Positions 1 to 11,269 of a stretch of 64,000 nucleotides of DNA are shown one piece after another. The translations under genes and the position numbers were made by a program. Below the pieces are notes generated by a model. That model saw only the letters and a list, made by a program, of their open reading frames with translations, had not been told where the DNA came from and did no database searches. Position 1 is the stretch's first letter. Every line of letters begins with the position of its first letter. Source of the stretch: Candidatus Kaiserbacteria bacterium (GTDB taxonomy: Bacteria > Patescibacteriota > Minisyncoccia > Phycocordibacterales > JABAAK01); assembly GCA_026713605.1 (NCBI GenBank), contig JAPOOC010000008.1, positions 16,889 to 80,888 on the forward strand, given 5' to 3'.

Positions 1-1218
1 GAGGAGCATACTGATCCGGCGTTTGCGCATTTGCACCCGCACCCGGCTACTGACTCAGGACGGTTTATTGAGATTTGTAATTCAGTGTTTATGGAATATG
101 TGCGGACTGAGGAAGGATTTGGGCTGTTGCCGAAAAAGAATGTGGATTTTGGTGGCGGGTTGGAGCGGATGGTTGCTGCGACAGAGCATACGCCTGATAT
201 TTTTACGATTGATGTGTTTGATGGGGTGGTGCAGGCGTTGGCGCGGGCGAGTCGTGTGTCGTATAGTGATCAACCTGCGCCGTTTCGGGTGATTGCTGAT
301 CACTTGCGGAGTGCTGTGTTTGCCATCGCCGATGGTGTGTTGCCGTCCAATACGGATCGTGGGTATGTGTTGCGGCGATTGTTACGGGAAGCGTTGTATA
401 ATCTGCGGTATGTGTTGCAAGTTGAAGGGGAGTCATTGACATCGTTATCGGCGCATTTTATTTCAGCGTATCGTGAGGCATATCCCGAGGTTGTTGCGGC
501 ATCGGTTGAGCAGGTTATTGGTGAAGAAGAAGAGCAGTTTACGAAGACCTTGCGAAATGGGATGCGCGAGTTGGAGCGATTGTTCAAAAAGGGTTCGCTG
601 GACGGGCAGACAGTGTTTGTGCTACAAAGCTCATATGGTTTTCCGAAGGAGTTGACCTTGTCATTGGCGGAGGAGAAAGGTATCCCTGTTTCGTTGGATG
701 GGTATGATGAGGCGATGGAGAAGCACCGCACTCTTTCTCGGCAGGCGAGTGAGGGGAAGTTTAAAGGCGGGCTATCAGATACGAGTGCCATGAGTGTGAA
801 ATATCATACGGCAACACACCTCTTGCATCAGGCGTTGCGGGATGTGTTGGGGGATGGGGTAGAGCAGAAAGGTTCTAATGTTACGCCGGAGCGATTGCGA
901 TTTGATTTTTCATATACCGAGAAGATGACCGATGAGCAAAAGCAGCAGGTTGAGGCAGTTGTGAATGAGAAGATACAGGCGGCACTCCCGGTGTCGTACC
1001 AAGACATGCCGGTTGAGGAAGCGCGGAAGGTGGGTGCGATCGGCGTGTTTTCATATGACGATATTGTGCGAGTGTATTCTGTTGGGGATTATAGTAAAGA
1101 GTTCTGTGGTGGTCCACATGTTGAGAATACCGAGGTGTTGGGGAAGTTTCAGATTCAAAAGGAAGAGGCGGTGGGGAGTGGGGTACGGCGTATTAAGGCA
1201 GTTCTTGCTTCTTGTTAG
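1..1218 (+). CDS. alaS: alanyl-tRNA synthetase, C-terminal part (5' end outside window)
   Basis: Frame is open from base 1. Motifs GGGLERM, HTATHLLHQALR (editing domain) and CGGPHV are typical of AlaRS. Confidence 0.85.
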   Translation, partial: EEHTDPAFAHLHPHPATDSGRFIEICNSVFMEYVRTEEGFGLLPKKNVDFGGGLERMVAATEHTPDIFTIDVFDGVVQALARASRVSYSDQPAPFRVIADHLRSAVFAIADGVLPSNTDRGYVLRRLLREALYNLRYVLQVEGESLTSLSAHFISAYREAYPEVVAASVEQVIGEEEEQFTKTLRNGMRELERLFKKGSLDGQTVFVLQSSYGFPKELTLSLAEEKGIPVSLDGYDEAMEKHRTLSRQASEGKFKGGLSDTSAMSVKYHTATHLLHQALRDVLGDGVEQKGSNVTPERLRFDFSYTEKMTDEQKQQVEAVVNEKIQAALPVSYQDMPVEEARKVGAIGVFSYDDIVRVYSVGDYSKEFCGGPHVENTEVLGKFQIQKEEAVGSGVRRIKAVLASC

Positions 1219-1304
1219 TTGCGGGTGGGGTGCGTTTTGCCTCCTTGATGGAAATGGTTCGTGTTGGTTTACTACTGCTACACTGGTAGTAGTATTTTTT
1301 ATAT

Positions 1305-2300
1305 ATGAAACGGGTTGCTATAAATGGGTTTGGGCGAATTGGTCGAGCGTTCTTTCGCCTGGCGTTTGCGTGTAAGGATGTTGCAGTGGTGGCAGTGAAT
1401 GATTTGATGGCTCTTGAGACCGGGGCGTACTTGTTGCAGTATGATACTGTGCGCGGGAGGTTTGTTCCAGAAGTTGTTGCTGGTGAAGATGTGTTGCGGG
1501 TTGGCAGGAAGGAGGTGTCTTGGCTGTCGGTGAAGAATCCGACTGAGCTGCCGTGGCGTTCTCTGGAGGTTGATGTGGTGATAGAGGCGACCGGGGTATT
1601 TACCTCGTATGAGAAGGCGTACATGCATATTATTGCTGGTGCGAAGCATGCGCTTATTACTGCGCCGGTCAAGGGTGATCCGCCAGAGAATGTACAGGCA
1701 GGGACGGTGCTGTTTGGTGTCAATGAGGGTGTTGCTCGGGAGTATGTAGTTTCGTCAAATGCGTCGTGTACAACGAATGCGGTTGGGATACCGTTGGCAC
1801 TACTTGATGAGGCGGTTGGTGTTGAAAGTGCGTTGTTGAACACGGTACATAGTTATACTGCTACCCAGCAGACGGTTGATGGTCCGTCAAGGAAGGATGA
1901 CCTCCGCTTTGGTCGGGCAGCAGGAATGAATATTATCCCTTCTTCTACTGGTGCCGCGGTAGCAACGACGAAGGTTTTGTCGTCACTGCGAGGGAAGTTT
2001 GACGGCATCGCATTACGGGTACCGACTATTACCGGCTCATTGGCTGATCTCACTTTTATTGCGAAGCAGAAAACAACCGTACAAGAGGTGAATGAAGTGT
2101 TGGAGCGAGGGAGGAGTACCTTATTTACCACCACTACTGATCCGGTTGTTTCGTCTGATATTATCGGGGAGCCATTTGTATCTGTTGCTGATCTGTCTAT
2201 GACACGAGTGGTTAATGGTAATTTGGTGAAAGTGCTGTTGTGGTACGACAATGAGACGGGCTACGCACAATCACTCCTTGAGCGTGTAATGGCTATATAA
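1305..2300 (+). CDS. gap: glyceraldehyde-3-phosphate dehydrogenase
   Basis: N-terminal NGFGRIGR Rossmann motif, active-site SCTTNA, C-terminal WYDNE(T)GY. Confidence 0.9.
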   Translation: MKRVAINGFGRIGRAFFRLAFACKDVAVVAVNDLMALETGAYLLQYDTVRGRFVPEVVAGEDVLRVGRKEVSWLSVKNPTELPWRSLEVDVVIEATGVFTSYEKAYMHIIAGAKHALITAPVKGDPPENVQAGTVLFGVNEGVAREYVVSSNASCTTNAVGIPLALLDEAVGVESALLNTVHSYTATQQTVDGPSRKDDLRFGRAAGMNIIPSSTGAAVATTKVLSSLRGKFDGIALRVPTITGSLADLTFIAKQKTTVQEVNEVLERGRSTLFTTTTDPVVSSDIIGEPFVSVADLSMTRVVNGNLVKVLLWYDNETGYAQSLLERVMAI

Positions 2301-2307
2301 TGTCAGT

Positions 2308-2751
2308 ATGACTATTATCTTAGCTACGGATCATGCAGGGTTTGCAATGAAGGAGCACCTTAAGCGGTTCCTTGAGAAAGGTGGTCACACTTTTGAGGAT
2401 GTTGGAGCTCATGCGCTTGACCCTGATGATGACTATCCGATGTATATGCAGGCGGCAGCTGAAATGTTATTGAAAACGCCTAATTCGGTTGGTATTGTGT
2501 TTGGTGGCTCCGGGCAAGGTGAGGCGATGGTGTTGAATCGTTACCAGGGTATTCGAGCGATTGTGTATGCTGCGTCTAACCCTGACCTTGTGAAAACTGG
2601 TCGTGAACACAATGATGCGAATGTACTTTCCGTTGGCGCGCGGTTTCTCAGTCCGATGCAGGTTGAGGTGGCGGTTGAGGTTTTCCTTTCAACGATATTT
2701 TCTGCGGAGGAGCGGCATCAGCGTCGGATTGAGCAGATTGATGCCTCATAA
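2308..2751 (+). CDS. rpiB: ribose-5-phosphate isomerase B (RpiB/LacAB family)
   Basis: MTIILATDHAGF...GIVFGGSGQGEAM pattern, ~147 aa. Confidence 0.8.
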   Translation: MTIILATDHAGFAMKEHLKRFLEKGGHTFEDVGAHALDPDDDYPMYMQAAAEMLLKTPNSVGIVFGGSGQGEAMVLNRYQGIRAIVYAASNPDLVKTGREHNDANVLSVGARFLSPMQVEVAVEVFLSTIFSAEERHQRRIEQIDAS

Positions 2752-2771
2752 TCAGTGTATTATGTGGGTGT

Positions 2772-3473
2772 ATGAAGGTATCTATTACCCCTGCTATCCT
2801 TGAGAAGTCGTTTGATGCCATTCAGGAGGCAGTTGGTCGTGTGCGAGGTGTTGCGAAGTTGGTGCAGGTGGATATTGTTGATGGTGTGTATGCGCCCAGT
2901 GCATCGTGGCCTTTTTTGTCGGGTGATGGCAAAGATGCTGCGGGGTCTATTGTGCATCCTTCGGAAAAGGAATTGGCTGATAAAGCAGAGTGCCTATATG
3001 GCTTGCGAGTGCCGTTTGAGCTTGATTTGATGATTCAGAGTCCTGAGGACTCGCTCGGTGTGTGGTTGCTGACGGATGCAACCCGTTTTATTATTCATCG
3101 TGCTTCCACGCAGTATGTTTCGTACTGCGTGAATCGGGTGAAGGACGATGGGCGGGAAGTGTATCTTGGATTAACGGCACATGACACACTTGAAGGTGTT
3201 GCTTCAGTGCTTGAGGTGGTTGATGGTGTGCAGTGTATGGGTATTGCAGAACTTGGTAAACAGGGTGAGCCGTATGATGAGCGGATAGAGACCTTGATCG
3301 CTGCTATCCATAACGCGTATCCTGCGTTGCCGATACAGGCGGATGGCGGCGTGTCTGTGCAGACGGCACCGCGGTTGCTGGCTGCCGGGGTAACGCAGTT
3401 TGCTGTTGGCTCTGCGCTCTTTCAGGGAGATGTTGCAGAAAATCTTACAACTTTGCAGCAAGCTGTTTCCTAA
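2772..3473 (+). CDS. rpe: ribulose-phosphate 3-epimerase family protein
   Basis: VQVDIVDG and GIAELGKQG motifs, 233 aa TIM-barrel-like. Follows rpiB in a pentose-phosphate cluster. Confidence 0.6.
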   Translation: MKVSITPAILEKSFDAIQEAVGRVRGVAKLVQVDIVDGVYAPSASWPFLSGDGKDAAGSIVHPSEKELADKAECLYGLRVPFELDLMIQSPEDSLGVWLLTDATRFIIHRASTQYVSYCVNRVKDDGREVYLGLTAHDTLEGVASVLEVVDGVQCMGIAELGKQGEPYDERIETLIAAIHNAYPALPIQADGGVSVQTAPRLLAAGVTQFAVGSALFQGDVAENLTTLQQAVS

Positions 3474-3536
3474 AACAGTTATCGTCTGGTATTCTGTTAA
3501 GTGGATATCTATTATTAGGGTAGGAGGAGGTATGTA

Positions 3537-3722
3537 ATGCAAGGTTTAGGGTGCTTACTTTCGTTGGCAGTGTCAGTTGTTTTAACTGTCGTTTTGAATC
3601 TGATTTTGTATATTTTTGATGTGGATGTTTCATTTTTTGTCATTTTTGTCGGTGGCGGTTTTTTACTCCTTGTCGTCGCACTGCTTGTGTTCCTTGCCAT
3701 GTCTGACAATGATTTTTTTTAA
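3537..3722 (+). CDS. small hydrophobic membrane protein (hypothetical)
   Basis: GGAGGAGG SD 6 nt upstream. 61 aa, two predicted TM helices. Confidence 0.4.
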   Translation: MQGLGCLLSLAVSVVLTVVLNLILYIFDVDVSFFVIFVGGGFLLLVVALLVFLAMSDNDFF

Positions 3723-3778
3723 TACTAGGGCTCATAGCGAGCCCTATTATTTTTATACGGATTGTTTTTTTATTTCTG

Positions 3779-4591
3779 TTGTGCTACCTCGGTGGTATAC
3801 TAAAGTATATGAAAAGATTTGCTGTTGCTTTGACCTATTCTCGGCTGTTTCATGTGGTGTCAGTGGTGTTCGATGTGGTTGGTATTACCTATTTTGTTTG
3901 GTCGTTCTTCTTTCTCGCCGAACCGCTTGTGTCTTTTGAGATATTACTCGGGATCTTTTTTGCTATTGAATATGTGCTATTACTCTTTGCGAGTGAGAAG
4001 TGGTGGCGCTATATCAGGCACCCGCTTGCGATATCAAATGCATTGATCATTATTGGATATTTGGCAGCGCCGTTTTGGAATTTCGGTTTTTTGCGGGTTT
4101 TGCGGGTATTTCGGGTTATTCAGCTGTATCAAATCATTCCAGATATCCGAATGTTTACGAGCCGTATTGTTTTTTGGGAAAAATTGTTTGCCACTTTTAT
4201 CCATGTGTGTGTGTTGGTGTTTATTATCACAAAGGTGGTGTTTGTGCTACAGGCGAATGTTAATGTTGATATCGAAACAGTGTTTGATGCGTTTTACTTT
4301 ACCATTAATGCTATCACGAAGGTGGGTGATGGGGATTCTATTGCCTTGGTTGGAGTGCAGGGGAAGGTGCTGACTCTGATTATTGCTTTCTTGAGTTTGT
4401 CTATCTTTGTGCAGCTGTTGGATACTGCTCGGGAGGTGCAGCAGATTCGTTTGACGCGAAAAAAAGAGCAGGAAAAAAAGGCGAAGCGGAAAGGGGGTGC
4501 GCAGCGTAAAAAAATGGAAGAAATATACACCGAACACCTGTGTACCTACTGTGATATCAAAAATAGGGATAAGTTTGCCTCTTGTAAGTAG
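3779..4591 (+). CDS. voltage-sensor-containing ion channel family protein (K+-channel-like, atypical pore TKVGDGD)
   Basis: S4-like segment LRVLRVFRVIQLY with R every third position. Pore-loop-like FYFTINAITKVGDGD. Multiple TM helices. Lys-rich C-terminus. Confidence 0.6.
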   Translation: MCYLGGILKYMKRFAVALTYSRLFHVVSVVFDVVGITYFVWSFFFLAEPLVSFEILLGIFFAIEYVLLLFASEKWWRYIRHPLAISNALIIIGYLAAPFWNFGFLRVLRVFRVIQLYQIIPDIRMFTSRIVFWEKLFATFIHVCVLVFIITKVVFVLQANVNVDIETVFDAFYFTINAITKVGDGDSIALVGVQGKVLTLIIAFLSLSIFVQLLDTAREVQQIRLTRKKEQEKKAKRKGGAQRKKMEEIYTEHLCTYCDIKNRDKFASCK

Positions 4592-4921
4592 TGTGTGGGC
4601 AGTTGTGTTCTGCGTGTTGGGTGTGGATTACTGACTTATGGGTTGTGGGTGCGGCGCAGTGTGGGTGTGGGAAGGTGTTTCCTCCATGGGTGTGGTTGCT
4701 TTTTCTGGTCGGAATGTGTGGTATACTGTGAGAGCGCATATCTCTGTGTGTTACGATGGTGGGTTGTGCGTGTATATTTTGTGCTGAGGGCGTTGATGAT
4801 CCTTACAATTATTTTCTATCTATAGTTTTATACAAAACTATGCAACACAACAAATTAACATTTGCAAGGGATAGTTGTACTTAACTGACAATTTTCTCTT
4901 GCTCCAACCGTTTTATTTTTC

Positions 4922-6370
<1,449 letters not shown>

Positions 6371-6590
6371 TCAAATGAAACTTCTCTCGAAAGAGAGATG
6401 GATCAATTGGTCTTACGCATTTTGATGCGTGAGAGTAGGACGATGGTACCGTGTCCGTAAACCGTACTCGCTCTCCCGGATATGCGAAACCGGGACGGTT
6501 GGAGCAAGAGAAAGTTGTTTGTTGAGTGGTAGTTTTGGTGTTATGTGTGGTATATTGATACTAATTAGTAATGTAAATGTAGTACTGTTT

Positions 6591-7286
6591 ATGAAGATAT
6601 TTAATAAAATGGAAGGTGCCAAAAAATCTGGCGAGGAAAATGTTGCTGAGTTTAAGAAAGATATTGCAATAACTCGTGAACATCATAGTGTTGAAGATTA
6701 TGTGGAACAATTACAGGACAAAGGGTATGAGGTTGTTTCTGCTGTGGTGTCTTGCTTAAAGGAGATGGGTATTGAAGAGGGAGATGATAATGCGAGTGTT
6801 GTCAGGGTTACCTTGGAAGATCTCGGACTGTCCGAAAGTGATGGTGTTGCTATTGAAGAGATTCTTGCTGTCGCTGAAGAACAAGGGCTCGGGCTTTGTC
6901 CCGCATGGGTTGCTCTTCAGTATTGTTTAAATTCTCTTGAGCACTATGTTGATGAAAATGATGTTCATAGATACGCTGCAAATTTTGGCATGAAACTGCC
7001 GAAAAATATACTGGAAGATTGGAGAAAAGAATCCGCGATGAGAGATGCAAAGCAGGATATAAAAATGAAAATAAAGAAAGGTAAAATTGACGGGAAAGAT
7101 GAAGAGGAAGTCACACGACTCATTGAAGAGCAGGCAATGAAATATTTTAACAGTAGTGTCGGTGAGGATGTAGTTATTTCAACCGGAAAGTTTTCTAATT
7201 TTCCCACGAAAGAAGGTGCAAGAAATGCCCAAGTAGTAACTTTGGGAGAACAAGGGCGGGGTGTGTGGGTGTTTGTGCAAAAATAA
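6591..7286 (+). CDS. hypothetical acidic protein
   Basis: ORF of 231 aa starting at ATG 6591 (MKIFNKMEGAKK). No recognisable domain. Lies directly after the 16S trailer. Confidence 0.4.
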   Translation: MKIFNKMEGAKKSGEENVAEFKKDIAITREHHSVEDYVEQLQDKGYEVVSAVVSCLKEMGIEEGDDNASVVRVTLEDLGLSESDGVAIEEILAVAEEQGLGLCPAWVALQYCLNSLEHYVDENDVHRYAANFGMKLPKNILEDWRKESAMRDAKQDIKMKIKKGKIDGKDEEEVTRLIEEQAMKYFNSSVGEDVVISTGKFSNFPTKEGARNAQVVTLGEQGRGVWVFVQK

Positions 7287-7316
7287 TCTTCTTGATCTGT
7301 GGTATACTTTTTGTAT

Positions 7317-8576
7317 ATGCGGCAATCATTTTTGGCGACACGGGTGCGGAAGGAGGTGCCGGTTGATGAGGTTTCTTTGAACGCTCGACTTTTGATACGG
7401 GCGGGGTATATTCATAAGACAATGGCCGGGGTGTATAGTTTTTTACCGCTTGGGTTGCGGTCACTTAATAAGATCATTGGTATTATTCGTGAGGAGATGG
7501 AAGGTATTGGAGGGCAGGAGGTACTATTGAATGGGTTGCAGAATCCGGAGGTGTGGGAGCAGTCGGGTCGATGGCGGGGTGACGCCGATGAGGTGTGGTT
7601 TCGGACGCAGCTACGGGTTGGTGGGGAGGTGGGGCTGGGGTGGACACATGAGGAGCCGATCACTGATTTGGCTCGGCAGATAGTGCATTCGTATCGTGAT
7701 GTGCCGTTTTACCTGTATCAGTTTCAGACAAAGTTTCGTAATGAAGAGCGGGCGAAGAGTGGTATTTTGCGGACGCGGGAGTTTATTATGAAGGATTTGT
7801 ACTCTTTTTGTGCTGATGAGGAGGAACATAAGGTGTTTTACGAGCAATGTGCCGAGGCATATATGCGGGTGTTTGAACGGGTTGGTATCGGTCAGCAAAC
7901 CTATCGAACTTTTGCGAGCGGCGGGGCGTTTTCTGAATTTAGCGATGAATTTCAAACGGTGTTGCCAGCAGGAGAGGATGTTATTTATGTACATAAAGAG
8001 AAAGGGGTTGCGCTGAATAAGGAGGTGTATACGGATGCGGTGTTGGCGCGGCTGGAGTTGCAACGGGAAGAGTTGGAGGAGTACCCCGCATGTGAGGTGG
8101 GGAATATTTTTACCTTAGGCATGCGATTTTCTGATGCGTTGGGGCTTTTATATACGGATGGTAGGGGTACGCAGGTGCCGGTGTATATGGGGTCGTATGG
8201 CATTGGTCCTGCTCGATTGCTCGGCGTGATTGTTGAAATGGTTGGGTCGGATGCAGGGATGGTGTTGCCTGCGGCCGTTGCGCCGTTTGCTGTGCACCTT
8301 ATTGCGCTTGGGGAATCCGATGTGGTTCAGGGTGCGGCAGATGATCTGTATAGTGCGCTGACTGATCGAGGGGTTGAGGTGTTGTATGACGATCGTGCTA
8401 TGTCTGCTGGGGAAAAGTTTGCCGAGAGTGATATTGTGGGCATTCCGCGTCGGCTGGTGGTTTCTGAGAAGACCTGTGCGGCAGGGAAGGTGGAGTATGT
8501 TGATCGTGCCACAGGTGAGGAAGGGCGGTTGTTGGATACTGCTGTTGCCGGGATACTGCAGGAGTTATCAGCATAG
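7317..8576 (+). CDS. proS: prolyl-tRNA synthetase (short bacterial form without editing insertion)
   Basis: N-terminus MRQSFLATRVRKEVPVDEVSLNARLLIRAGYI matches the ProRS signature. Class II motifs present. C-terminal anticodon-binding region present. Confidence 0.85.
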   Translation: MRQSFLATRVRKEVPVDEVSLNARLLIRAGYIHKTMAGVYSFLPLGLRSLNKIIGIIREEMEGIGGQEVLLNGLQNPEVWEQSGRWRGDADEVWFRTQLRVGGEVGLGWTHEEPITDLARQIVHSYRDVPFYLYQFQTKFRNEERAKSGILRTREFIMKDLYSFCADEEEHKVFYEQCAEAYMRVFERVGIGQQTYRTFASGGAFSEFSDEFQTVLPAGEDVIYVHKEKGVALNKEVYTDAVLARLELQREELEEYPACEVGNIFTLGMRFSDALGLLYTDGRGTQVPVYMGSYGIGPARLLGVIVEMVGSDAGMVLPAAVAPFAVHLIALGESDVVQGAADDLYSALTDRGVEVLYDDRAMSAGEKFAESDIVGIPRRLVVSEKTCAAGKVEYVDRATGEEGRLLDTAVAGILQELSA

Positions 8577-8706
8577 TGTTTTTTGCCAGTGGTAACCTTG
8601 GTGTTGCACCTTTGATTCAGTGGGATGTTGTACCATTTTCTTTTTCTTGTCGATGTGGGTGTGTAATTATTCGGTCTTTCTCTGGTGCGTGGTATAGTGT
8701 TTATAT

Positions 8707-9597
8707 ATGAAGCATTTGAAGGATAGAGAGGTTGCAATGATTGAGAAAAAAGCGAATCAAATTCGTATCTCAGTCATTGAGTCATTGATTGAGGCAGGGT
8801 CGGGGCATACTGCTGGACCACTGGGGATGGCGGATGTGTTTGCAACCTTGTTTTTTTCAGTGTTGCGATATGACCCAAAGAATCCGCAGGCGGAAGAGCG
8901 GGACCGGTTGATACTGTCTAATGGACATATTTGTCCAGTGCTGTATGCAACGATGGCGCATGCAGGATGTTTTCCCGTGAAAGAATTGCTGACGCTGCGA
9001 AAATTTGGGTCACGATTGCAGGGACACCCTCATCGAGAGTATCTTCCGGGTATTGAGACGAGTTCCGGTCCGCTTGGTTCCGGGCTTTCACAAGCGTTGG
9101 GTATGGTATTGGCTGATCGTATAGATCGTCCGCAGTCGTCAACCTATTTTTATTGCTTAATGAGTGATGGTGAGTTGAATTGTGGGCAGAATTGGGAGGC
9201 CATTATGCATGCCGGGAAAGAGCAGCCACATAATCTCATTGCTGTGCTGGATCGGAATGGGATACAGATAGATGGATTTACCCGTGATGTTATGCCGCTG
9301 GAGCCGTTGGAAGAAAAATTTGCGTCATTTAACTGGCATGTGATTAATGCTGATGGGCATAATATTCAAGAGCTTTATGATGCCTTTGGTGAGGCGCAGT
9401 CGGCATTACAGCCGACGATGATTATTGCGCATACGGTGCCCGGTAAAGGGGTGCCGCAGTTTGAGCGGGACTATCGTTGGCATGGGGCGCCGCCAGGGAA
9501 AGGTCCGGAAGATATTTTGACGAAAGATACGCAAGGGGAGTGTGCGTTGAAGCAATTGCGTAGTTTGAAGGGGGTGATTGTGTCGGATTGCGATTAG
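8707..9597 (+). CDS. tktA: transketolase, N-terminal subunit (split tkt)
   Basis: GSGHTAGPLGMADV thiamine-PP binding region. 296 aa. Followed by the C-terminal subunit. Confidence 0.85.
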   Translation: MKHLKDREVAMIEKKANQIRISVIESLIEAGSGHTAGPLGMADVFATLFFSVLRYDPKNPQAEERDRLILSNGHICPVLYATMAHAGCFPVKELLTLRKFGSRLQGHPHREYLPGIETSSGPLGSGLSQALGMVLADRIDRPQSSTYFYCLMSDGELNCGQNWEAIMHAGKEQPHNLIAVLDRNGIQIDGFTRDVMPLEPLEEKFASFNWHVINADGHNIQELYDAFGEAQSALQPTMIIAHTVPGKGVPQFERDYRWHGAPPGKGPEDILTKDTQGECALKQLRSLKGVIVSDCD

Positions 9598-9618
9598 TGC
9601 AGTATTATATAAACCAGT

Positions 9619-10617
9619 ATGTTGGAAGAAGCAATACATTTTCACAAAAAGGTGTTTACGACGCGGGAAGAAAGCGCGCCGATTCGGGAGGGGTACGGGA
9701 AAGGGTTGCTGGAAGCTGCGGAGCGGGATATTCGGGTGGTGGCACTTTGTGCTGACCTGACTGATTCCACCAAGACGAGCTACTTTAAGGATCGGTTTCC
9801 CGCTCGATTTGTAGAAATGGGCATCGGCGAGCAGTCCATGGCGTCGGTTGCTTCTGGTATGGCAGCGATGGGGAAGGTGCCGTTTTTTACTTCGTATGCG
9901 ATGTTTTCTCCTGGACGAAATTGGGAGCAGATTCGTACCACTATTTGTTACAACAATGTGAACGCAAAGGTTGTTGGTTCGCATGCCGGCGTGTCAGTTG
10001 GGCCGGACGGCGGAACACACCAAGCGCTTGAGGATATCGCCATTATGCGGGTGATACCGCGGATGACGGTGCTGGTGCCGTGTGATGCAGAGGAGGCGCG
10101 GAAGGCGACGCTTGCAGCGGCAGAGTATGAGGGGCCAGTGTACATTCGCCTGCAACGGGAGGCGACACCAGTTATGACGACTGATGTGTCGCCATTTCGC
10201 ATCGGCAAGGCGCAGTGCTTTTACCGGGGGCGGAATCCGAAAGTTACAATCTTTGCCTGCGGAGCAATGGTGTACACCGCATTGGAGGCGGCGCGGGAAT
10301 TGGAAGAGGAAAAAGATATCGGGGTACTGGTGGTGAATGTGCCGACGATAAAACCACTGGATAAGGAAGTGTGTCGCTATGCTGAAGAGACCGGGCGCGT
10401 ACTCACCGTTGAGGAGCATCAGCGGATTGGTGGTCTTGGGTCAGCAGTTGCTGAGTATTTGACTGAACAGTGTCCGATGCCGGTGTACCGTGTTGGTGTT
10501 GACGATAGATTTGGGCAGTCAGGTGAGCCGGGGGAGTTGTTGGAGCATTACCAGCTTTCCAAAGGTCATATTATGCAGATGGTGCGGACAATATTAGGAG
10601 TGAAGTATGTTAGTTGA
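9619..10617 (+). CDS. tktB: transketolase, C-terminal subunit (split tkt)
   Basis: Pyrimidine-binding and C-terminal domains (MGIGEQSMASVASGMA, VLVPCDAEEA). 332 aa. Confidence 0.85.
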   Translation: MLEEAIHFHKKVFTTREESAPIREGYGKGLLEAAERDIRVVALCADLTDSTKTSYFKDRFPARFVEMGIGEQSMASVASGMAAMGKVPFFTSYAMFSPGRNWEQIRTTICYNNVNAKVVGSHAGVSVGPDGGTHQALEDIAIMRVIPRMTVLVPCDAEEARKATLAAAEYEGPVYIRLQREATPVMTTDVSPFRIGKAQCFYRGRNPKVTIFACGAMVYTALEAARELEEEKDIGVLVVNVPTIKPLDKEVCRYAEETGRVLTVEEHQRIGGLGSAVAEYLTEQCPMPVYRVGVDDRFGQSGEPGELLEHYQLSKGHIMQMVRTILGVKYVS

Positions 10618-11269
10618 TATAATCACCGGATTTTTTACTGTGTCATTTGATGGGTTTATTGCACTGTTTCATGAGCACCAGATTCTTACCTCGGCATTGA
10701 TACCGTTTTTTGCTGGTGAATATAGTATTCACCTGTTTGGCATGCTGTACGGGTCAGGTGCTATTTCATTGATGCCGACGGTGATTGCCGCAGGTAGTAT
10801 TCTGCTTTTTGACTTTGTTATCTACGGTACGGTACGGGTGCTACAGCGGTATACCAATATCTCAACTCGTTTGCGGAATATCTCGTTCTTTGCGAAAATT
10901 GAGACCTTTTTTAAGAAGAGTCAAGGGCGGTATGGCAAGAATCCGGTACTGCTTTTTATTGCGATTAAGTTGATGCCCATGACGAAGGTGTCCCTCATTT
11001 TTTTTACTCTTTATCGAAAGGTTTCAGTAGCGTGGTTTATCGTTTGGGATGTTATTATCAGTGTTATATGGGTGGTCATTATATTTCTACCTGGTTGGTT
11101 TGTCGGGAAGGAGTTTTTGACACAAGAAGCGGGACAGCGGGTTACTGGTATTGTCGTATACTTCCTGCTGTTGGTGGTTCTTTTGACACTTTTTGGAGAT
11201 GCTGTTGACAAGTTGGTTATGCGGGCGCTTGCAAAGATAGCACGAGTGTCCTCACGCAGAAACAACTAA
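10607..11269 (+). CDS. DedA/VTT-like membrane protein
   Basis: Multi-TM 220-aa protein with loop pattern YGTVRVLQRY...GKNPVLLFIAIKLMP reminiscent of the DedA family. Confidence 0.4.
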   Translation: MLVDIITGFFTVSFDGFIALFHEHQILTSALIPFFAGEYSIHLFGMLYGSGAISLMPTVIAAGSILLFDFVIYGTVRVLQRYTNISTRLRNISFFAKIETFFKKSQGRYGKNPVLLFIAIKLMPMTKVSLIFFTLYRKVSVAWFIVWDVIISVIWVVIIFLPGWFVGKEFLTQEAGQRVTGIVVYFLLLVVLLTLFGDAVDKLVMRALAKIARVSSRRNN

